Shown here one piece after another: positions 8,066-15,849 of a stretch of 41,791 nt of DNA; positions within the stretch are counted from its first letter, which is position 1; each line of letters opens with the position of its first letter. Below the pieces are notes generated by a model, which saw only the letters and a list, made by a program, of their open reading frames with translations, searched no databases and was not told the DNA's origin. This stretch comes from an uncultured Muribaculaceae bacterium (GTDB lineage Bacteria; Bacillota_I; Bacilli_A; RF39; UBA660). Where the stretch lies: positions 1 to 41,791 of the forward strand of contig CAZGWM010000002.1 in assembly GCA_964529195.1 (NCBI GenBank), read 5' to 3'. The translations under genes and the position numbers were made by a program.

Positions 8066-9202
8066 TTAAAAATAATTTTGGGCTTTATCTAAGTATTCAT
8101 CTATTGCCGTTCTAAATTTATCTTTGATTAGTGCCTCATTTATTTCTGTTTGATCTTTTTCTTTTTTTAACTCTTCAGCTATAATACTTAATATTTCTTC
8201 TTCTGTTATCGTTATTCCATTACTTAAAAGAGTTGCAATTACTCTTTTTATTTGTTGATGCATCATTATGATAGCATACTCAGTTATTCTTTTTTTCTGA
8301 TCTCTTTTAAATGGTGTTATCGAGTCCATTACATAGTAGTTCATTAAAAAGGCATCATCTAATATTGATTTTAATATAGCATTTCCGGTTGAGTCAAGTG
8401 ATTCTTCTTTTTTCTCATCATCAATATCTTGATATGATTGAAGAAAGTCCCATACTTTCATCGCCATTTGGAAGTTTGGATTTTTTAAAATTAAGTTTGT
8501 TCTTCTAAGTGGCGGGAATACTAAAGATACGTTTGCATCTCTAAGTGATGTGTATAGCGCGCTTCTTTGCCATACCATTATAAATCTATTTATTAGTTCT
8601 ATTTTTTCATATACTTCTTTTAATTTTTCTTCTAGTGACTGAGCATTAGATCCTTCAAAATCAATATTTGGAAGCTGGTTTGCAGTTACTTTTAATTCAA
8701 TGTTTAATCTTTCAACTCCATTGTTAGTAGTTCCAGCATATTCAAGAGTTTTTTCATCTCTTACTTCCATGTCTTCCATTTCTTTTTCTTTTTGCATTAC
8801 GAATCTTGATAAGTTATATATAAGTGTATATAGTACTCTGTTTTCATATGTATTATATGTTTCTTCAGTTCTTTCAATTAGAAGTTTAGATGGCTGAACT
8901 TCACTTGTTATAGCATCTATTTTTTCTATATAGTGGGTATTTTTAGATAAGTCTTTTACACTTGCAACGCTTATTTTTTTAGCTTTTTCTACTTTCACTA
9001 CATCTTCTTCTTTAATTAAAGATACTTTTGGATTAGTTACTATATTATCGATATAAGGACATGCTTTTTCAATTAATTCAACCCAACTAAAATCTAAAGA
9101 TGTTGATGAGAATTCTGATTGGTATACCATCTTTGAGTTAATATTTTTAGTAAACAGTTCACTTTTATTATTTAGTTTTTCATTTAGTTTTAAGTTACTC
9201 AT
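8066..9202 (-). CDS. McrC-like / DUF2357-like protein without recognisable nuclease motif
   Basis: TYENRVLYTLIYNLSRFV (ENR helix) and RRTNLILKNPNFQMAMKVWDFL resemble the McrC N-terminal/DUF2357 region. No PD-(D/E)xK pattern visible in the C-terminal third. Lies immediately downstream of a McrB-like gene. Confidence 0.5.
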   Translation of the reverse strand: MSNLKLNEKLNNKSELFTKNINSKMVYQSEFSSTSLDFSWVELIEKACPYIDNIVTNPKVSLIKEEDVVKVEKAKKISVASVKDLSKNTHYIEKIDAITSEVQPSKLLIERTEETYNTYENRVLYTLIYNLSRFVMQKEKEMEDMEVRDEKTLEYAGTTNNGVERLNIELKVTANQLPNIDFEGSNAQSLEEKLKEVYEKIELINRFIMVWQRSALYTSLRDANVSLVFPPLRRTNLILKNPNFQMAMKVWDFLQSYQDIDDEKKEESLDSTGNAILKSILDDAFLMNYYVMDSITPFKRDQKKRITEYAIIMMHQQIKRVIATLLSNGITITEEEILSIIAEELKKEKDQTEINEALIKDKFRTAIDEYLDKAQNYF

Positions 9203-9220
9203 GTCCTTTTATCCTTTCAA

Positions 9221-10753
9221 TTATGCTTGTTTTTTCAGTCTTTCTAAGAATTCAATACATTCAACCATTTTACCATTTCCAAACGCTTTATTTAGATATT
9301 GAATAAATGGATCAATTTCATCTCTTATAAATAGTATATTTAATTGCTCAAATTTACGTAATACTTTTTTAGCCATGAAGTAATCTATTGCCTCTACTTC
9401 AGTTCCACCACAAGCTACGTATACTGGAACGAATGTATTTAATTGTTTTAATATTCTGTTTCCGAATGCTATTCTAAAGTGTTTAATTACATACTGATCC
9501 ATTTCTTTTATCATTTTATCACTTGAATTTGATAATGGGAAATTTTCAACTGCTTCTTCAAATAGTTGTTCTAGGTAGCTAGCATTCATGCTCATTGCTT
9601 CTGTTTCAGGTGCTTTAAATGGTTCTACTTTTGTATTAATATCAATTGGCATAGCACGGTCATAAACTTTATCGGTAACCATGAATGTTGAGTCATCGTT
9701 ATTAATTGTTCCTATATACCAAAGGTTACCGGCTAGTTTTAATTTACCATTTTTTATGTATTTTGGATCGGTATCCCATCCACTTGTTACAAGTTCAATT
9801 ATCCATTCATCTCTTGATGGCATTTCTAGTATTGATAACATTTCAGCAAAGTAGTACTCTACTCTTGCTATATTCATCTCATCTAGTATGATTGTATGAA
9901 TATCATCTGTATAACCTGATGTGTATAATTCAGCTAGAACATCTGATTCGTTGAATTTTTTTGTAAATTCGTTGAAGTATCCTAGTAGTTCAGTTTTATC
10001 TCTCCATGATGGCTCTACTGATGCTATACATGAATCGTTATTTACATATTTACCCCAAGCATATGCTAAAGATGTTTTACCTGTTCCAGATATACCTTGA
10101 AGGATTATTAATTTACCACAAGATAACCCAGCTATAAAGCTTCTTAGAAGTGGAAGGTCATAGTATAGTTTAAGCTGAGATGCGTTGTAGTTTCTAAAGT
10201 TATTAACTACTTCTTTTAATGTATAGTTATTAGCATGTCTTTTAACTTTATATCCGGCATATTCTTTATCTATTGCAGTTAGTTTTGGGAATCTTGAATC
10301 TGATACATCTATATCAGTTTCCTCACCATCTTCATCTAATAAAGATGGATCATCTGGTGTATCTCCAGGTTTTAAGCCAAGCTGAGATACTTTCATTGCC
10401 ATTAAGTCTTCTCTTTCTTTCATTAATTTATTTACCTGGCTATGAAGATTATCTATTTCATTTAATAAATCATCTTGATTTACTTTTGTTCTTCCAATTC
10501 TTATTAGTTTTCTTACACCAAGTAGTGCTAAAACTACGATTGATACAATTATTATTACAACTAGTGCTATTACTAGTCCTACTAATAACCACTCAGCTCC
10601 ACTAAAACTATCTTGGTAACTTTCAAGAACTGATTTATAGTTATTGTAGTTAAACATCTTATAAAAGCCTTTTCCAAAACCTGAGAATATATCTATAAAT
10701 CCATCAAAGAATGCGGCTAAAAATTCGTATAAAAATCTAAAAAATATATTCAT
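9221..10753 (-). CDS. Membrane-anchored McrB-like AAA+ (AAA_5) GTPase
   Basis: TM helix EWLLVGLVIALVVIIIVSIVVLALLGV followed by RKLIRIGRTK, then a coiled coil. Walker A LQGISGTGKTSLA, Walker B plus McrB signature IILDEMNIARVEYYFAEMLSILE, and NLWYIGTINNDDSTFMVTDKVYDRAMPIDI (compare McrB IGTMNTADRS...RRRF). The start ATG overlaps the upstream stop (TAATG). Confidence 0.8.
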   Translation of the reverse strand: MNIFFRFLYEFLAAFFDGFIDIFSGFGKGFYKMFNYNNYKSVLESYQDSFSGAEWLLVGLVIALVVIIIVSIVVLALLGVRKLIRIGRTKVNQDDLLNEIDNLHSQVNKLMKEREDLMAMKVSQLGLKPGDTPDDPSLLDEDGEETDIDVSDSRFPKLTAIDKEYAGYKVKRHANNYTLKEVVNNFRNYNASQLKLYYDLPLLRSFIAGLSCGKLIILQGISGTGKTSLAYAWGKYVNNDSCIASVEPSWRDKTELLGYFNEFTKKFNESDVLAELYTSGYTDDIHTIILDEMNIARVEYYFAEMLSILEMPSRDEWIIELVTSGWDTDPKYIKNGKLKLAGNLWYIGTINNDDSTFMVTDKVYDRAMPIDINTKVEPFKAPETEAMSMNASYLEQLFEEAVENFPLSNSSDKMIKEMDQYVIKHFRIAFGNRILKQLNTFVPVYVACGGTEVEAIDYFMAKKVLRKFEQLNILFIRDEIDPFIQYLNKAFGNGKMVECIEFLERLKKQA

Positions 10754-12984
10754 TAATCTTCACCCTCTAAGCTTTCAAATTTTTCATATACATCATCATT
10801 TATAATATAACTTTTTAAATCATTTGGTATAAATTTATCTAGTTTATTATAGTTAGGGTCTTTTTTATTTACAAAGATTAAGTTTGCCATATATAGGCTA
10901 CTTTTTTCTTTTGCTGGTAAGTTTTTAGTATCAGGAAATCCTACTGCAAATTTATATCCTGCTTTTCTTAATTTTTTAACTATCTTTTTGTTTTTAACTA
11001 AGACATCAAAATCAATTAATATTATTATATGACTTTTTGCATATTCATCATCATATGTTTTTACTATTCTAAATATTTTCTTTTCTTTTGAATATAAGCT
11101 TTCAGGTAATGTAATATAATATTTGTTTTGGAAATTACAATTAATCATATCATCAAGTAATTTAGCAAGTAGAAGTGTTATTTTAACAGGCATTTTATCT
11201 TCTGCTATAATTCCTTCTTCATATGTTTGCTCGATTACATGCTCACTATATATTCTGTTAAAATCAACATTATGAATTAAGTTAACTGCATATGAATCTT
11301 TGACTATTTCAGCCATATTAATTCTAAATGTATTTGACTCAAGTTTCTTTAAAAAGAATCTTGATATTTCTTCATAAGTTTTTTGAAGTGAGATTACTTC
11401 ATTTGCAATTACCATTAAATTATTAGTATCTAGCTTAGTTTGATATTTAGCTAGTTCACTTTTAAAGAATTCTCTTTTTGTCTTTAAATCTTCAATAGAA
11501 CTTGCTCCTTGATCAAGTGCTGCTATGATGTTAAATATCTTAACGAATTTATCTACTTTTTCGTTATATTTATTATCGGTTCCTTTGTATGTATCTTTTA
11601 GTTCTTTACCAACTATTTCAAATAGTTTAGATACTTTTACAAGAAAGTTTTTACCCTTATAATTTATTTCTTTTTCACTAAAGTAATTATAATATTTAGC
11701 ATGGATATAAACTGTGTTAAATGAATTTCTTATTGTTGGTTCATTTGTGTCTAGTTTCTCATCATCTTGAACTAGTGAAACAAGTTCATTTAATTCATCT
11801 GTTTTTATATTCATAAGTGCATCAATAGTGTTTTTATTTCTTCTTACTGATTTTTTTAAAATATCTAAATTTATATCAGTTAAATCATCACTATCATTTA
11901 CAACTTCTTTTTCAACTTCTATTTTAGAGATTTCTTTTTTCTTTTCTTTTTCTGTATCAGCCATTTCATATTTAGCTATTTCTAGCATTGTTTCATCTAT
12001 TTGACTTGTATCAACAGGTATTATTCTAAAGAACTGAGTTTTATCTAAATCACTATCATAATACTCATCATCATCTAAAATTTCTTCATCTTCTAACTCT
12101 TCATCTAAATGTTTTTGATCTTCTAGTTTCACTTCTGTTATTTCATTTTCTTCTTTAGTATTACCAGTTGATATTATAAATGACTCATCGTTTATTTCTT
12201 CAACTACTAATGGTTCTTCTTCTGTTTCATTTTCTACAACTATTAAAGGCTCTTCTTCTGTTTCATCTTCGACTACTATTAAAGGTTCTTCTTCGGTAAT
12301 AACTATTTTTTCTAATTCATCAGTTATTATTAATTTATCATTATCTTCTTTAATTATATTTTGTAGTATCATCTCTTTTTTTAGTGATGATATTTTTTTA
12401 TCACGGTTAATGTATTTAATTTTTTCTTTTATAAACTTAATTATTTTCTTTAAGACTATATTTGTTTTTGTTTCTTTATTGTTTTTATCTTTAATTATTG
12501 ATTCAAGTAAGAATAATGATATTATTAAAAATACTAATACAGCAGGATTTAAGATTGTTTTTCTTAATATTCCAAAACCTGCTAGTGTGTTTACTACTTT
12601 ACCTACTACTTGGTTTTCTTCAACTAATTTGGCATCTTTAGATACATTGTTATCGCCTTGAGTTGAGTATTTTTTATCATGAATTTCAACGACTCTATGG
12701 GTTATGAAATTTTTTCCTTGTTTATATGTTATGATATCATCTAAATTTATTTTTGAATCTAGTTTTACTATTATCCAGTCTCCCGCTTTAATAGTATCTT
12801 TCATACTATTAGTTTGAACTTCAAACATTGTATATCCAAAAAAGTTAGAGTGATCTTGTTTTAAAAGTTTTATTTGCACTCCAGTATATGTTGTTACTAG
12901 TAATATCACACTTAATATAGCGATGAAAAAGTTTAATAAAATATTGATTATTTTTTCAGTAATTTGATTTTTTGCTATATTCAT
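10753..12984 (-). CDS. SipW-type signal peptidase fused to a ~570-aa acidic cytoplasmic extension
   Basis: Residues 1-175 form a complete S26B unit: TM, TNSMKDT, ITHRV, TQGDNNVSKD, second TM. This is followed by acidic repeats (EEEPLIVVEDET x3) and a C-terminal globular region with no assignable family. Confidence 0.75.
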   Translation of the reverse strand: MNIAKNQITEKIINILLNFFIAILSVILLVTTYTGVQIKLLKQDHSNFFGYTMFEVQTNSMKDTIKAGDWIIVKLDSKINLDDIITYKQGKNFITHRVVEIHDKKYSTQGDNNVSKDAKLVEENQVVGKVVNTLAGFGILRKTILNPAVLVFLIISLFLLESIIKDKNNKETKTNIVLKKIIKFIKEKIKYINRDKKISSLKKEMILQNIIKEDNDKLIITDELEKIVITEEEPLIVVEDETEEEPLIVVENETEEEPLVVEEINDESFIISTGNTKEENEITEVKLEDQKHLDEELEDEEILDDDEYYDSDLDKTQFFRIIPVDTSQIDETMLEIAKYEMADTEKEKKKEISKIEVEKEVVNDSDDLTDINLDILKKSVRRNKNTIDALMNIKTDELNELVSLVQDDEKLDTNEPTIRNSFNTVYIHAKYYNYFSEKEINYKGKNFLVKVSKLFEIVGKELKDTYKGTDNKYNEKVDKFVKIFNIIAALDQGASSIEDLKTKREFFKSELAKYQTKLDTNNLMVIANEVISLQKTYEEISRFFLKKLESNTFRINMAEIVKDSYAVNLIHNVDFNRIYSEHVIEQTYEEGIIAEDKMPVKITLLLAKLLDDMINCNFQNKYYITLPESLYSKEKKIFRIVKTYDDEYAKSHIIILIDFDVLVKNKKIVKKLRKAGYKFAVGFPDTKNLPAKEKSSLYMANLIFVNKKDPNYNKLDKFIPNDLKSYIINDDVYEKFESLEGED
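12196..12294 (-). repeat. In-frame 36-nt tandem repeat (2 full copies plus 1 partial) encoding EEEPLIVVE(D/N)ET
   Basis: Minus strand gaagaagaacctttaatagtagtcgaagatgaaaca, then gaagaagagcctttaatagttgtagaaaatgaaaca, then gaagaagaaccattagtagttgaagaa. Confidence 0.85.
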
Positions 12985-13018
12985 ACTACGTTACCGATCC
13001 TTCTCTATTCTATATAAC

Positions 13019-13047
13019 ATTTTATCAAAATTATAATGGTTTGTAAA
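13019..13047 (-). promoter_or_regulatory. Sigma-A-type promoter for the SipW-fusion/McrB-like operon
   Basis: Minus strand TTTACA (13047..13042), 17 nt, TAAAAT (13024..13019), located just after a terminator. Confidence 0.5.
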
Positions 13048-13072
13048 TTAAATTAGGCTTTTTTAATAGTTT

Positions 13073-13100
13073 AAAAAAAAGAACTTTTTTTAGTTCTTTT
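13073..13100 (-). terminator. Rho-independent terminator after the pseudo-SipW gene
   Basis: Minus strand AAAAGAACT-loop-AGTTCTTTT hairpin followed by a T-run. Confidence 0.6.
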
Positions 13101-13104
13101 AGTT

Positions 13105-13629
13105 TTAGTTAAGTGCATTTTTTTTATTTAATTTTACTTCAATTATAATTGCATATAATTCATATATAAATATTAAGAAGCTTGGTATTAATACGATAAA
13201 GAAAAATCCCCAAGTAGATTGAATCATTCCCAGTACTGTTCCTACTTTTTCAATTACTCTTTCAGCAGATCCAATAAGTAAACTTTCTGAATATGTTGCA
13301 CCATTTTCAAATGATATGGCTTCTTCAGTAAGATGAACTTCTCCAACTACTCCTAAATCTATTTGTGGTGCTCCTGTTTTTTGAGTTTTGTAAACAAATA
13401 TTTCATCACCCAGTTTTATATCTGCTAGGTTTTTATTTCTTACAAGCACTACATCACCTTTTTTATAGTTTTCTGATGTTAAGTTATTTTTTATTATAAT
13501 AACTGATAGATCATCAAACTGAGTTACTTTATATTTGTTTATATTTAGTAATAGTATTGTATTAAATATAACAAATGTAAAATATATTACCGCTAGTATT
13601 CCTAAGAATATATTTTTTATTATTTTCAT
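13105..13629 (-). CDS. SipW-like pseudo-peptidase (catalytic Ser box lost)
   Basis: Same architecture and length as SipW: N-terminal TM, KGDVVLV...LGDEIFVY beta core, C-terminal TM. NNLTSEN replaces S-M-x-P and the GDNN box is absent. ATG 13629 with GGAGAA RBS preferred over the TTG at 13677. Confidence 0.6.
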   Translation of the reverse strand: MKIIKNIFLGILAVIYFTFVIFNTILLLNINKYKVTQFDDLSVIIIKNNLTSENYKKGDVVLVRNKNLADIKLGDEIFVYKTQKTGAPQIDLGVVGEVHLTEEAISFENGATYSESLLIGSAERVIEKVGTVLGMIQSTWGFFFIVLIPSFLIFIYELYAIIIEVKLNKKNALN

Positions 13630-13678
13630 TTTATTTTCTCCTATTTTTATCTTATCATAAATGCTTTTGTGTTTCAAT

Positions 13679-15298
13679 TTATTTCTTTATTGTATACGGA
13701 TTATTTAAACTACCATCTCCATTTATTCTTATATTTCCATCAATATTTATTACTGGTCTTAATCCATGAGTATTTGATATGTTTGATGATTCTATTACTC
13801 CTAGGTAGTTATATATGTATTTAGAGTTTTCATCACTCGGGCTTATTAGCCAGTATGTTTCTCCTTTATTTAAATAAGCGCCACCTTCAAGTGCTTCATC
13901 TAACGTTAAAAGACCAACCGGATATGATAAGTGACCATCTCCTTTTTTAACATCACTTTTTGTATGTGAGTAATTTTTATTACATTTTACATTTGGAGTA
14001 TTTAAGTTAAATCTTATATTTGTTTTATAAGTTTCTTCTTCTTTACTTAAATCTTCACAAAATAGTGTGTCTTTTATATATTCATTTAATTCTTTGTTTT
14101 CAATGTTTTGTTTATACCAGTTATCTAGCTGAAGTTTTATGTTACTATTTAAATAAAGTTCATCTCCCCAATTTTGAAGCTGAAGTGTTTCATTGATGCA
14201 TACATTTTCTTCACAGGCACCATTTAATATTAATTTTACTGAGTTATTTCCGTTTATTCGGGCTATTTTCCATAGTTTATTTCCGAAAATTATATTATTA
14301 TTTATTTCCTGTCCTTTAAAGAAAAATGAATTTCCATATGAGTCTTCACTATGGTATAGTCCATCATTATTTGATAGTTCTTTTATTAAAAGATCATCTA
14401 TTCCACCATTTTGATTTAATATATCATTTATTAGTAGTTCTTCTTTTTTATAATCTTTTTCATTTATTAAGTTTAATGTGAAGTCTTCTTTTGTTATATT
14501 TATTTCATTATCTGGTTTATATATTTTTAAGTTAATACTTTCTTTTTTATTTAATTTTATATATATACTCTCTTCATCATATGAATCTATTTTTTTATCT
14601 TCTTTATCTATTAATATTTTATCTTCATCATAAGATATATTTATTATTTTGCTTTTTAATGAAGGATTAGTTAGTATTAGATCACCAGTGTTTATGTTAT
14701 CTATATAATCTAATATTATATTTTCATTATCTTTTATTGTATTTTTTAATGTAAGGGTTGTTTGCATTTCTTTTTTATAAGGACTTGTTGATTTAAATGT
14801 TAGTTTTACATTTAAAGTTTCAAGTTCTTCATTATTAAATATTATGTCTAAGTATATGTTTTTTATTGTTTTTTCAGCTTTCCAGTTATAGCCATTTAAA
14901 AGGCAGTCTTTTTTATTTAAACTTTGGATATTTTCTTCATTATCTATACATATTAATGATGATGATAATATTCCTTCAAGACTATCTTCTCCATTTAATA
15001 GGCACTTTATATCTTCACTTGATTCACATGTTAATTCATAGTCTATATCATACTCAGTTATTTTTAAGTTGTTTTCTGAGTTTGTTATTTCAAAGTATAT
15101 TCTTTCTTTATCCCAGGCTTTAATTTCTTTATTTTTACCATCTATTAAATCACTTGATATATAAAAGTTTTTAGTAGATAAGTAATATTCCCATACGTTA
15201 TTTCCGACATATTTAGCAAATGTATAACTTAAACTCAAAAAGATTCCGGCAGCGACTATGATTAGAAATAAGATTGTGTATTGTTTTATTTTTTTCAT
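13679..15298 (-). CDS. Secreted protein with SipW-class signal and a C-terminal YWL...GLRPVI module
   Basis: GGGGGAGG RBS. Signal ...AAGIFLSLSYTFAKYVGN. The C-terminal ETYWLISPSD...GVIESSNISNTHGLRPVINI resembles a YWLRS...GVRP motif domain common in Firmicutes surface proteins; I cannot name the family confidently. Confidence 0.65.
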   Translation of the reverse strand: MKKIKQYTILFLIIVAAGIFLSLSYTFAKYVGNNVWEYYLSTKNFYISSDLIDGKNKEIKAWDKERIYFEITNSENNLKITEYDIDYELTCESSEDIKCLLNGEDSLEGILSSSLICIDNEENIQSLNKKDCLLNGYNWKAEKTIKNIYLDIIFNNEELETLNVKLTFKSTSPYKKEMQTTLTLKNTIKDNENIILDYIDNINTGDLILTNPSLKSKIINISYDEDKILIDKEDKKIDSYDEESIYIKLNKKESINLKIYKPDNEINITKEDFTLNLINEKDYKKEELLINDILNQNGGIDDLLIKELSNNDGLYHSEDSYGNSFFFKGQEINNNIIFGNKLWKIARINGNNSVKLILNGACEENVCINETLQLQNWGDELYLNSNIKLQLDNWYKQNIENKELNEYIKDTLFCEDLSKEEETYKTNIRFNLNTPNVKCNKNYSHTKSDVKKGDGHLSYPVGLLTLDEALEGGAYLNKGETYWLISPSDENSKYIYNYLGVIESSNISNTHGLRPVINIDGNIRINGDGSLNNPYTIKK

Positions 15299-15310
15299 AA
15301 TGCCTCCCCC

Positions 15311-15832
15311 CTAAGTTATTTGCCATGATGCTATTTCAAGTTTTAGAAAATCAACTAATCCTGAGTATGATGCATCGTTATGTTCTTCACTGAATTTAAC
15401 TACTAGTTTATAGTCATCTTTTTCTTTTTGTTTATGATTTAAAGTTAGTGGAGGTGCGTTACATATTAACTCGTTTTGATTATTTCTAGAATATGTTTCA
15501 TCACAAGTAATTACTAATACATCTCCTCTATATAATTTTATTTCAAGTGGCATAAAGTGATATGTTTTTATTTTTATTTGATATTCAAAAGATACATCAC
15601 TTATTTTTTCATCTGCATTATTTGCTACTGAGAAGTTATATTCTTTTTCATCTCCTGGTAGCATATTTGTTAGCGGTATTTCTAGTTCATTTTCCATTTT
15701 AGCATCAAATATAAATGTAGCAATATTTTGATCATCTATTTTTAATTCAGCACTTGATGTGAAAACTGAGTATGTTAAAGCAAGGGAAAATATAAGTAAA
15801 GTTATAAGTATTACTTTGATTCTTTTTTTCAT
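15311..15832 (-). CDS. Small TasA/camelysin-like secreted protein (minimal single domain)
   Basis: Signal ...IFSLALTYSVFTSSAELKI. LPGDEKEYNFSVANNADE and the C-terminal FSEEHNDASYSGLVDFLKLEIASWQ follow the TasA/peptidase M73 strand pattern. Confidence 0.7.
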   Translation of the reverse strand: MKKRIKVILITLLIFSLALTYSVFTSSAELKIDDQNIATFIFDAKMENELEIPLTNMLPGDEKEYNFSVANNADEKISDVSFEYQIKIKTYHFMPLEIKLYRGDVLVITCDETYSRNNQNELICNAPPLTLNHKQKEKDDYKLVVKFSEEHNDASYSGLVDFLKLEIASWQIT

Positions 15833-15849
15833 ATTATCCCTCTTTCTTT

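Noticed and set aside
10273-10605. 110-aa plus-strand ORF antisense to the McrB-like gene
   Set aside because: A shadow ORF. Its Leu/His/Gln-rich translation mirrors the coiled-coil/TM coding region on the minus strand, and it has no RBS.
8066-10753. Reading the McrB-like/McrC-like pair as a conventional type IV (McrBC) restriction system
   Set aside because: The ATPase has a TM helix and coiled coil where McrB has its DNA-reader domain. The partner shows no PD-(D/E)xK motif. The genes are translationally coupled into a SipW/TasA operon. A non-canonical defence role is kept as an alternative in the findings.
12196-12294. Regularly spaced 36-nt repeats as a possible mini-CRISPR
   Set aside because: The repeats are directly tandem with no spacers, in frame, and encode an acidic peptide repeat inside a long ORF.
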